A stretch of DNA of 64,000 bases from Chiloscyllium plagiosum (taxonomy: Eukaryota): contig NC_057718.1 in NCBI RefSeq assembly GCF_004010195.1, positions 19,405,905 through 19,469,904 of the forward strand, in the 5' to 3' direction. A model generated the notes under the pieces. The model was given only the letters and a program-made list of their open reading frames with translations. It was not told the origin of the DNA and ran no database searches. The position numbers and the translations under genes are program-made. Position 1 is the first letter of the stretch, and each line of letters starts with the position of its first letter. Positions 27,735 to 38,900 of the stretch are shown here, piece by piece.

Positions 27735-29517
27735 ACACTGAGACCAGGAGTCCAAGTTTGGGAGTCCGAGTCCATGCCGGGGCCGGGATCCGAGTCCATG
27801 CCGGGGCCGGGAGTCCGGGTCCACACTGAGGCCGGGAGTCCGAGTCCATGCCGGGGCCAGGAATCCGGGTCCACGCTGAGGCCGGGAGTCCGGGTCCATG
27901 CCGGGGCCGGTGTCCGGGTCCATGCCGGGGCCGGGAGTCCGAGTCCATGCCGGGGCCGGGAGTCCGGGTCCATGCCGGGGCCGGGAGTCTGAGTCCATGC
28001 CGGGGCCGGGAGTCCGAGTCCATGCCGGAGCCGGGAATCCGGGTCCACGCTGAGGCCGGGGGTCCGGGTCCACGCTGAGGCCGGGAGTCCGAGTCCATGT
28101 CGGGGCCGGGTGTCCGGGTCCATGCCGGGGCCGGGAATCCGAGTCCATGCCGGGGCCGGGAGTCCATTTCGGAGCCGGGAGTCCGGGTCCATGCCGGGGC
28201 CAGGAGTCCGGGTCCATGCCGGGGCCGGGAGTCCGGGTCCATGCCGGGGCCGGGAGTCCATGTCGGAGCCGGGAGTCCGGGTCCATGACGGGGCCGGGAG
28301 TCCGGGTCCATGACGGGGCCGGGAGTCCATGTCGGAGCCGGGAGTCCGGGTCCATGCCGGGGCCGGGAGTCCATGTCGGAGCCGGGAGTCCGGGTCCATG
28401 CTGAGGCCGGGTGTCCCGAGTCCATGCAGGGGCCGGGAGTCCGAGTCCATGCCGGGGCCGGGAGTCCATGTCGGAGCCGTGAGTCCGAGTCCATGCCGGG
28501 GCCGGGAGTCCGAGTCCATGCCGGGGCTGGGAGTCCATGTCGGAGCCGTGAGTCCGAGTCCATGCCGGGGCCAGGAGTCCGAATCCATGCCGGGGCCGAG
28601 GGTCCGAGTCCATGCCGGGGCCGGGCATCCGAGTCCATGTCGGGGCCGAGGGTCCAAGTCCATGTCGGGGTCGGGGGTCCGAGTCCATGCCGGGACCTGG
28701 GGTCCGAGTCCATGTCGGGGTCGGGGGTCCGAGTCCATGTCAGGGCCGGGGGTCCGGGTCCATGCCGGGGCCGGGAGTCCGGGTCCATGACGGGGCCGGG
28801 AGTCCATGTCGGAGCCGGGAGTCCGGGTCCATGCTGAGGCCGGGTGTCCGAGTCCATGCCGGGGCCGGGAGTCCCGAGTCCATGCCGGGGCCGGGAGTCC
28901 GGGTCCATGCCGGGGCCGGGAGTCCATGTCGGAGCCGGGGGTCCGAGTCCATGCCGGGGCCAGGAGTTCGAATCCATGCCGGGGCAGGGAGTCCGGGTCC
29001 ATGCTGGGGCCGGGAGTCCAAATCCATGCCGGGGCCGGGAGTCTTGAGTCCACACTGAGGCTGGGAGCTTAGGTTTGGGAGTCCGAGTCCATGTCGGGGC
29101 CGGGGGTCCGAGTCCATGCCGGGGCCGGGCATCCGAGTCCATGTCGGGGCCGAGGGTCCAAGTCCATGTCGGGGTCGGGGGTCCGAGTCCATGTCAGGGC
29201 CGGGGGTCCGAGTCCATGCCGGGGCCGGGAGTCCGAGTCCATGTTGGGGTCGGGAGTCCGAGTCCATGCCGGGGCCGGGAGTCCGAATCCATGTTGGGGT
29301 CGGGAGTCCGAGTTCATGCCGGGGCTGGGAGTCCGAGTTCATGTTGGGGCCGGGAGTCCGAGTTCATGTCGGAGCCGGGAGTCCGATCCATGTTGGGGCC
29401 TGGAGTCCGAGTCCATGCCGCAGCCTGGAGTCCGAGTCCACACTGAGGCCTGGAGTCCGAGTCCACACTGAGGCCGGGAGCCCAAGTTTGGGAGTCTGAG
29501 TCCACACTGAGGCCGGG
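27735..29517. repeat. Minisatellite C, GC/CpG-rich 25-bp unit (GAGTCCATGCCGGGGCCGGGAGTCC) with 19-bp variants
   Basis: ~1.8 kb tandem array. The 25-nt period gives a 25-aa superperiod (MDSDSRPRHGLGLPAPAWTRTPGPG) in all three minus-strand frames. Confidence 0.95.
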
Positions 29518-31664
29518 TGTTCAGGACATCATGGAGAAGGAGGAAAAAGAACACAAAAAAGAGAAAAAAAAAACGGAAAAAAAATGAAATGAAACAGACC
29601 CAGATGCTAAGCTTGGGCTGAGGTTACCTACTCTGCCGCCATCTTGGATCTGAATTATGCTTTCATTGTCACTCTGCTGTTAAGTAATATTACCATTATG
29701 GATTTCTAAGTTGAATAATTAAATGCCAAGATCAAGTTTCTGATGGAAAATAAAGGGAAGCCGAAAGCAGAGGTCAGTGGAAACAGTGTCATTTGAGTAG
29801 AAATATTTGGAGAGCGACAAACAATGCAATAATCTAGCATTCTGTCCTGGGGTATCGAATCTTCATACTATGAATGAACCGTCGAGGCGTCAAAAAACAT
29901 ATCAGACTAGTCCTCCCCCAGAGTTTGCCTGATCTTGCACTGAAACTGCAGCCGAGATTCACAGCAGCTGAATGAAGATCTGTTGTCCCCAGTTTATCTG
30001 GGTTTCCAGCCAAAGTCAATCTTCATACTCAAAAGCAGGTACCTTAAAGGTTTCAAGGAAAGACATTGCAGCATTCAGATCATGGAGGAGTAAAGAAATA
30101 TTGAAGAGTTTAACTCTTGGTGAAGAAATTAAGAGGCTGTAACTCAAGTCGTCAAAAGAACAAAGGAACTCAATATTCTAGTGGAAGAAGAACCACATTC
30201 AGAGAACCAGATGAATAGAGGAATGTGGTTATTGTGGTTAGGTAACACTCTTGTCTTAGTGACTTGAAGAATTCAAAAAAGAAACAGGCCAATTTTTGAT
30301 TCAACAAACAATGGTGGAATTTAAAGGCCTTGGAATGGTAAAGGATGAAACATGTCGAGCATAGTTCTAACATCTTCAGTCATGAAGGAACACTGAAGCT
30401 CTTTTACTATTATGAAGATCATTTATTTCTCACGAAGAAGTCACTGAAGTACCATAACTACAAACATTTTGTTCAGAAAGCAAAATATACAGTCTTTAGA
30501 TTTGTAGCTCATTTCAAATTTCTAACCATACCCTGGCCATTTCATTTCTAATCTAACAATCCAGAACCTTCAGTTGAGAAGCTAATCTTATTCTGAGGAT
30601 CTCAGAAGGTGCTAAACATCGAGAAGGTATGGTCCAGTAATCTTTTGCAACCTAAGCTACAGGAGATGAATTCATTTCACCTTGAAAAATACAAGCTGTA
30701 TCCTATTTTTTTTTCCACAAGTTTACGAAAGAAAACTAAAAAAAACCCAAGTATAAACATTGATATACAGTTAAATCTTAAATAAATGATAACCAAAATC
30801 TGTCAAACAAGAAAACAGAAATACCAAGAGAAAAAAAGGACAAAACTCAACTAACTACTCATCTAACTTACAACTAACCAGAGTGTATCATTAAAATTCT
30901 TACATTATTCAAGAGAGAAAAAAAAATCCAATGGATAACACATAAATTGAGCAGTATATACCTGCTCGGAATGTGTTAACATCAGATCACCACAAAACCC
31001 GTATTTATCCAAAACATCCCGAGCATAGAGCATAGAAAATTCACAAAAATAAAAGCTCTTTAGTACATTCAGATCGATATAATAAAAAAAACCCATTTCT
31101 AAATAGTAAAAAAAAGTATAAAACATATTTAAATGGAGATCTTCCCCCTTATTCCCAGGGGGAATCACTTCCTTTCCAAAAACCCATCATAACCTCTCCC
31201 AACCAGTGCCCCACCCTTGACCCAGGCACCCCACAATAGGATAAAGAAAATTCAAGTATACCACTGAACTAGAACTAACAGTGAGTACCCTATCCCCCGA
31301 CCCACACCAACACCTGGATATATTTGGTAATGTTAATACCATATATGAACATATATGACTATAAAAATTACAGTCGCAGCAAATAATAATTAAATATATT
31401 AATACAAAATAACAGGGGAAAACAACCCCGCTCCCAAGGACAAAGATAAAATAAGACTAGGTAGCCACCTTCCCCCCATCTACATTAGCTAGACCCCCTG
31501 GCCTATATATATATATATTTAACAAAAAGGGGGAAAGGAAATCGCTAAGTAAAGGATGAATAAATAAGCCCTTCTTCCCACCCCCCGGAGATAATATTAA
31601 ACAGTAAGATAATGAAAGGTAAAAAAGGGGGGGTAGACCGGGGTGGGGGTAGGGCAAAACAACA

Positions 31665-32540
31665 TCAATTAACTCTTATAGTTTGTCTAAAAGAGTCCAA
31701 AAATTTCTTGGCCTTCTCCAGGGACCCAAAGTTAAACACGGACCCTTCATGGCTAAAGTGTAGTATAGCTGGGTAGCGCAAGGAGCATTGAATGTTTAAA
31801 TCCCTTAAACGCTTCTTTGCTTCATCAAACGCCTTCCTCTTTCAAACCAAAGCTGGGGAAAAGTCCTGAGATAACATAATCTTGGATCCTTTATGAGTCA
31901 TGGCTTGTGGATCTTTCCCAAGATTTCTGGAGGCTTCCGAAAGCATCTGCCTCACCTTATAGCTCTGCAGCCGGAATAGGACCAGGCGGGGGCGCTGGTT
32001 CGAGCCGGGCCCGTGTATTGCAACCTGGTAGGCCCATTCTACCCTTACCTGGCCTGATCCAGCCTTCAGATTCAATAACTACGCAAGCCACTGTTCAAGG
32101 AACCTTGTAAGCTGGCCTTCTCCTTCCCGTTCGGGAAGGCCCAGCAAACGAATATTTTATCGACGACCTTGATTCTCGAGGTCGTCAATGTGGTTCTCTA
32201 AGGTGCGGACTTGCTGCTCAAGAGTCCGGACCCGATCCACGGCCGATTCTGCAATGGCCTCGGAGGTCGCGGCCTTTAGCTCCGCCCCTCTGACTCGGCA
32301 TTCAATTTCTTCGCTGTCTCAGCCGTGCTTTTGTAGCGCGGCCGAGAGTGAATTCCACCGACTTCGGGTCTCTTCTATGAAAGCATCGATCTTCGCGTCG
32401 AGTTTGGAGATTATTTCCACGAGGCTCGCTACCGTAGGTAAGTCCCCCGGGGCGGCTGTGGACACCTGTGCTGCAGCTGGGGAGGGTGGGGGAGGGACTC
32501 CTGCCTGCTGAGAGCTGCAGGCTCTTTTCCCCCTAGTCAT
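31665..32540 (-). pseudogene. L1 ORF1p (coiled coil-RRM-CTD RNA-binding protein) with four in-frame stops
   Basis: One frame of 292 codons: MTRGKR...LENHIDDLENQGRR*NIRLLGLPE...RPRLVLFRLQSYKVRQML...KIMLSQDFSPALV*KRKAFDEAKKRL...LRYPAILHF. Carries the typical L1 ORF1 motifs DLENxxRRxNxRxxGLPE, QDFS and YPA. Confidence 0.88.
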
Positions 32541-32695
32541 TTTCACAGGAGACTGAATTGTATAAACTTAGTACTAAACCACTAATTACATTAAATAAAA
32601 ACTATTTTTAGTTGATTTGGTGAGTGTGGTGGGGGAGGGTGGCCCACTTTGCCTAGGTCTTGGGAGGAGCACAATAGACTCAGACTTGCTGAGTC

Positions 32696-32712
32696 GCCGC
32701 CATCTTGGATCT
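32696..32712 (-). promoter_or_regulatory. YY1-type motif CAAGATGGCGGC at the L1 5' end
   Basis: Matches the YY1 consensus AAGATGGCGGC at the position expected for an L1 internal promoter; identical 17-mer at 29635-29651. Confidence 0.6.
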
Positions 32713-34669
32713 CCACAAGCTGTATCTATAAACTTGGTGGAGCAAATATCCAATGTCCTTGTGTAAATTGACATGCAATGGGTGGACCAGGGTTTTCTTT
32801 TGTAGAATCTGCAGTGAGAAGCTTGGGACTATTGGTGATTATTAAATGTTGATCAGTCAGGAGGTAATCAAGGCATTGAACATAGTGATAGCAGTGATGG
32901 CTCAGGAAGCCAGGCTTGAGCCCATTGCAGCCATTTCCAGGAAGCCAGGCGCATTTCATGGTCATCTGGCAGCTAACTGCCTGACATCCAAACATCCATA
33001 TCTTTAAGGAGGAATATTCCACCTTCAAGTGCTGCCATCCATTCAGAAAGCCAGCACTTCTTCAGTTCCAGCAATGTCACTCAAAGGCAGCAGACACATC
33101 GCTTTCTGCAGGATCCCCTCTGACACATGCACCGTTCTGACTTGGGACGATATCACCAGTTCTTCACTGTCGCTGAGTCAAAAATCCTAGAACATCCTCC
33201 ATTACAGCCCTGCGGGTGTACCTTCACCACAACGGTGGCAAAGGTGGCTCATTGCCTCCAATAATACTGGCCTGGCCATCCACACCCAGAATAATAAACC
33301 TCAGCAGGGTCCATTTTTGGGATGGGAGCTGGTCAAGAGCAGTGAAGTGCAGGAGGCCTCAGAACTTTCAGGGTTGGGGGGGAGGAGGGGGAAGGATTTG
33401 CTGTTGTGGGTCTAGGCAGTCATTCCAAAGGGGAGCAGGCCCTTATTGTTGGGGAGACATCTGTGAACCACAGGCTTCTGCCCTGCCAGCCTTTACTGGG
33501 GATTACAGAGAGTCAGGAGGGTAAAGGGCACTCCAGCCCAGTCTTTCCTTTTGATACTACAATCCACTCCTATCTCTAAGCTCTTCCCCAAGGACTGGTT
33601 TAAACTCTGCCCGCACCCTGCAATAATTGGGAATTAGTGTGTTAACATTTTTCACCAATGTTGCACAGCACCATTTCAAACTAATAAACAGCAATCATTA
33701 CAATATTGTACAGTAGGGTTTCGACCCAGTGCATTTATTTCTCACAAAATAAAACACAGATGTTCTCCATAGGGTCTCATTTATACCCAAAGATCCTCCA
33801 TTGCTATTTGCTAAATTACAGAGCAGGTCAAATTCTCCTTCCCTTCACCACTGAAAACCTAATTTCTTACCTTGGGGAACAAACTTATATAATGCTATAA
33901 TGACAGACCTGTCATGGGATAAATGCTGGATGTGGTTCCCCTATTTGACAGGACCAAAAGAAGGCATAGAACATTAGATGTTCTCCACACCTGACATTAA
34001 CAACTAGTTATGCCACTAATACAAGGTCAACGTTACAAGTTTGAAATTGGCATAAGTTTCTGATCTGCTCCTATTGCCTCACATCAGATCTATCAGTGGC
34101 TGGAATAACATTTTCAAAGTGTTTTACACAGAGCACACTTCCCCAGTGCCCCACTCTTTCCGATGCTATCAGAATATTTTTCCAGTCTGAAACATAAAGT
34201 GTGCTGGAACAGTCATTACAACCACATCTCAGACTGAACAATCCGTGGAGCATTGCCGACTAAACGGCCTTCGCCCTGAACTGTACAAAACTGCAGATTT
34301 TTAAAAAGTGTACAAGGAACATATTGGATTGATTCTTGATTGTTAATTTAATGAAGAATCTCAATGGTAATATAAATTCTGATTGAAGGACTAAGCAGTT
34401 TGTAACTTTCAATTTTAGGTTTGGACTAAAACATTGAAACTATTCTCTTGAACCTGTTAACCGATGTTATTTGAAAATTTTTAACAATATAACTGGACTT
34501 TCAGTTACAATATTCAGTAGATTACAGTTAACTCATTACGCCCTAATGGGGCTACCTTTCAACATCCCAGCAGAAACAGAAACCCACCCATTCCCTCAAC
34601 CCTGACCTCCCTCATCCCATTGCTCCCTGACAGAATAGTGCATCTGATCTTCCTCTCCCTTACACCACA

Positions 34670-35275
34670 ATTAAGAGGGTCTGCTTAGCTACAGCTGTAC
34701 AGGGTGTTGGTGAGGCTACACCTAGAGTTCTGTGCACAGTTTTGATCTCCTTACCTGACAAAGGATGGGTTGACACTAAAGGAGTTGGACAGGAGGGTTA
34801 ATTAGATTGATTCCAGAGTTGAGGAGGTTGGTTTATGAGGACAGATTGAGTGTACTGGGTCCATACTTACTGTAATTTAAAAGAATGAGGGGGGGTCTTA
34901 TAGAAACATATAAAATTATGAAGGGAATAGATAAGACAGAAGCAGGTGGGTTGTTTCCACTGGCGGGTGAAACTAGAACTAGAGGTCACAGCCTCAAAGT
35001 AAGGGGGAGCAGATGTAAGACTGAGTTCGGGACGAACTTCTTCACCTAAAGGGTTGTGAATCTATGGAATTCCCTTCCCAGGGAAGCAGTCAAGGCTACC
35101 TTGTTGAATGTTTTTAAGGCAATGATACATAGATTTTTGAAGAGTAAAGGAATGGTGAGTGGGTGAGTAAGTGGAGCTGAGTCTACAAAAAGATCAGCCA
35201 CGATCACATTGAATGCCCGACCAAGTTCAAAGGGCCAGATGGCCTACTCCTGCTCCTATTCCTTATGTTCTTATG
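34670..35275 (+). mobile_element. CR1 LINE 3' fragment
   Basis: LQLYRVLVRLHLEFCAQF...RMRGGLIETYKIMKGIDK...NFFT*RVVNLWNSLP; tail CCTACTCCTGCTCCTATTCCTTATGTTCTTATG. Confidence 0.85.
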
Positions 35276-36249
35276 ACCTTTTCTCAAAAAAGGACCATCT
35301 CCCTCTGCAAAATCCTCTGAGGAATTTCAGTCCCAAAAACAGTCTTTATTTCTTTGCCCTTCTCCAGTTCTTCCCCACAGCTAGCCCATCCCTCCTTTCC
35401 CACGTCTATCCTCCAGCAGTTTCTGCTCCATTCCCTGAACCAGAACAGTGAGAAGGGTATTTTGTTCATCTTCATTTTGTCCAGCAGTGTGCTGAGGATT
35501 CCATACACTCAGCACAAAAGTGTTATGTGCGTCCACCATTTTGCCTGAGGGAGACCCAAAGTGTGAGTGGGAAAGTTACTATCGTTAAACTAGATTCAGC
35601 CTGTAACAGAGAACAAGCTGAACATAGTACAATGGCAACAACTTGTGAAACTTGTCTTTCCAAAGGAAAAGTTGGCAGACACCCTGATTGTTGTAACTGC
35701 TTGGGGTTTGTGGGACAGACTGCTGGCCAACATCCTCCATTGTCCAACACATCGATAGAGTACTCGCTCATCCCATTGACAGCTTGCACTGGTTTACTGG
35801 CTGAATGCACCAACCTCATAGTCCATAAAACCAACCCAATGTACTGAGGGCTCCTTGAACAGAGTGCACTTTGGGGCACTACTTGCTTCCTGTTTCAGAA
35901 GTCGACCCTGGTCTGTCATACAGGAAAGAAGACTTGCATTTATATAGCAACTTTCACAATCTCAGGACATCCCAAAGCTGAAGAAGTACCTTTGATACCT
36001 CATTTCTGTTGTCAGGCTGCAAAGGAATAAGTGTCAAAAGATAGCATATTAATGGAGGCTAAAGGTTATCCTTTTGTAAAACCCACAAACAGACATTTTT
36101 AGAAAGAGTCAGACCTAGCTTATAAACACAATACTTCCTGCACAACACTGTGACTTCCTTGATAAGAAACTATCCACAGCTACAAATAAAAGGTATTTTA
36201 CAGATCTCTTCTGGACACTAGTACACTGACATACAAAGTTAATTAAAAC

Positions 36250-36675
36250 CACAGTCAGACTGCAGAATATTAGATGCCAAACAGAAATTGTTGGAAAAAT
36301 TCAGCAGGCATGGCAGCATCTGTGTAGAGAAATCAAGAGTTAACATTTCGGGTCCAGTGACCCTTCTTCAGAATCTATGATTGGTGCTTATTTGATATCA
36401 CTCTTGACTTTAAGTCAGAAGAGAATCCTACTCCAAAGTTGAACACAATGATCAAAGGTAATATCCCAATGATGCACTGATGAAGTGTTGCACTGTCAGA
36501 GGTACAGCTTTCCGATGAGATATTCAACTATGAACTGAGGTGTTCTGAGGAAGGGTCACCAGACCCGAAACGTTCACTCTGATTCCTCTCCACAGATGCT
36601 GCCACACCTGCTGAGCTTTTCCAGCAATTTCTGTTTGTGTCCCTGATTTCTAGCATCTGCAGCCCTTTCACCTTT
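36250..36675. mobile_element. Inverted pair of Penelope-derived termini flanking a Deu-SINE-like fragment
   Basis: ~36258-36372 and ~36543-36665 are mutual reverse complements, each with a hammerhead-like motif. The middle (~36400-36530) resembles a SINE head. Confidence 0.6.
36545..36575 (+). ncRNA. Minimal hammerhead ribozyme motif
   Basis: CUGAGGA-A-GGGUC-ACCA-GACCC-GAAA-CGUUC: both core boxes and a 5-bp stem II are intact. Confidence 0.55.
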
Positions 36676-38379
36676 TAAATATTAGACCCTAAGCCTTGTT
36701 ATCTTGGATTGAAGCTGTTTTTTGACTAAGCGAAGATGAACTAAGATAGTTACCGAAAATTCAGTTTTCCAGAAACAGGTTCAAAAGAACATTTGAAAGA
36801 ATTGAACAAACCCATAAGGCAAACTTTCACAAATTTTAGAAAATCAAAAAGGGCTGGCTGCTTATGAATAATAGAAATGTTACCTATTTAAAATTAACTT
36901 TACAACCCCCCAAAATTACTCCATAGAGTTAGATGTATTTTGAACTTAATAATTCGGCAATAAGATTGCTTTAATACTTGTCGTTTCCTTTCTAAACTGT
37001 GATCTTTGAAACACTTGAAGGTTAAGTTCTCTCTTCAGATTCCCTGCTGAAATAATAACTAGCTATCTTTTCTTTGTGCTGAATTTCTCTCATATTACAA
37101 CTTATGCTTTTTATGTTACACTGATTATTATTTTAATAGATTTGTGTGATCTTTAAAATTTAAATTGTCTACTTCTTTATATCAATAACTAAAATAACTC
37201 TCTTTTGGGAGATAACTAACTGAGATCATTTCAATCAGATCATCATAATCTCTCAGAAATTTACTATCGGGTGAAAACGTAGTTAAAAATATAAAGCTAT
37301 CAGCAAATAATCTCAACATATTCCTTTCCTTCAGGTAGGGACTGATCAAATTGTACAGACCCAGTCAAATGCCCATGAAATCTGGATTACTTCATGTGAG
37401 GTTGGAGGGGTCGAACTGGGAGCTACACATAAACCAGAATTGCCCCACAAAGGGGCTAAGATTGTAAGACGCCAGAATGTAAAAAAAAACAGCTAACTTG
37501 CACATAACCAGCTAAACAAAAACTGCTGGAAAAGTTCAGCAGATCTGCCACCATCTGCGGAGAGAGATCAGAGTTAACGTTATGGGCTGTGTGGCCCTTC
37601 CTTAGAATTGTACTCCTATTTGGTTCAGGACCAGAGTGGGTTTAATATAGCCATCCTAAAGAAGCTGAGCAACAGATGGTTTGACCCATGGTTATAAATC
37701 AAAGTGTGCTTCAGAGGGTCCAGATGCCACTACTGACTTTACAACAGACTGGGAGAGAGAAGGGGCTTATGCCTTTCAGAGAATGCCTGACTTAACAAGA
37801 CTGAAGCAACTATAGAAATAGAATTCACAGGGAAAGGTTGACCAAGAGAAACTGTACACAACGCAGCAACACTAGTTGGACAACAGAAATCAGGAAGCCA
37901 ATGCTTATAGTGATGACATTGACTGGTTTCTGTCTTATGTACTGCAATATTAAGAGAAGAATGAAGACATACCAAACGTTTGGTCCAGACCTATTTGCAC
38001 CATCGTTGTTGGAATTTACAATTTAATTGATGATAAGATTGAATTAATTAACTTGATGTTGAAAGATAGCCCCAGTAACAGTAGCATATTGCTGTTAAAA
38101 ACCCATCTGCTTCACTAAAATCCATGTGCCTTCGGGAAGGAAATTTGCTGTCTCTACCAGGTCTGGCCTACATGTGACTCTCGACAGACAGCAATATGGC
38201 TAACTCTTGGCTACCCTTTCAAACAGTCCTGTAAGCCCCTCTGCTCAATGGCAATTAGAGATAGGCCACAAACTGTGAAAGAATATTAAGAATATAAACA
38301 ATGTTTTGGCTTTGAAAGTGCTGTAACAAGTCCCATGCACATTTGAACCTAACAGAACCTCATCTTTTCACCATCTCTA

Positions 38380-38900
38380 AAATCTGTCTTTTTCCACCTC
38401 TAACTCAGCTTCACCGCTGCCCCAGGCCATCTGCTACCGAAACCCTGAGTTATGGCTTCGCCACCTCTCGACTCAACTACTCCAACTCCGCCACAGCTGA
38501 TATCCCACATTTTACCATCTAGAAAGTTGAAATGATCCAAATATCTGCTGACCCAGTCAGAATGAGCACCAGATCCCATTCTCCTATTATCACTGTGCTC
38601 ACTGACCTACACAGGACACTAAGCAAGAAAGCATTGGTTTATATTCTCATCATGGTATTCAAATTCACCCATGGCCTTGCCACTTGTTATCTCTATTGTT
38701 TTCCCAGCCCCACAATTCCACTTCCTCGAATTTTGGCCTCTTGTACTTTTCTATTCATAATTATTCTACCATTGATGGCCACATCTTCAGTTGCTAAGGC
38801 CCCTAAGCTTTGGAAATCCCCCTCTACACCTCTCTCTTTTGCCTTTCTTCTTTAAGACCCTCCTAAAATTAACATCTTCGACTAAGCATTCTGTCATACA
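38380..38900 (+). mobile_element. L2 LINE 3' remnant
   Basis: ACCCTGAGTTATGGCTTCGCCACCTCTCGACTCAACTACTCCAACTCC translates TLSYGFATSRLNYSNS, resembling the L2 motif HAFxTSRLDYCNS. Confidence 0.65.

Larger units (their letters stand above)
26675..29651 (-). mobile_element. Composite VNTR-containing non-autonomous retroelement (candidate)
   Basis: 5' head AGATCCAAGATGGCGGC, then a T-rich tract, three tandem arrays, and 3' tail GTTTTCATTGTACTC...GTACATGTGACAAGAAA. Head and tail resemble the element at 40051-40544. No TSD recognised. Confidence 0.6.
30706..32714 (-). mobile_element. L1-clade element lacking ORF2 (half-L1-like), with 5' end, poly(A) and TSD
   Basis: Starts GGAGATCCAAGATGGCGGCG, then an ORF1 pseudogene, ~950 bp of T-rich non-coding sequence and A9 (plus-strand T 30706-30714). 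ACAAGCTGTATC is repeated at 30691-30702 and 32715-32726. Confidence 0.85.

Noticed and set aside
27290..29517. Possible CRISPR-like array
   Set aside because: Units are directly adjacent with no unique spacers, there are no cas genes, and the context is a eukaryotic intron.
27639..29554. Long ORFs (349, 441, 482 aa and many shorter) on both strands
   Set aside because: They arise from a stop-poor 25-bp tandem repeat and give the same peptide cycle in all frames; no splice or domain support.
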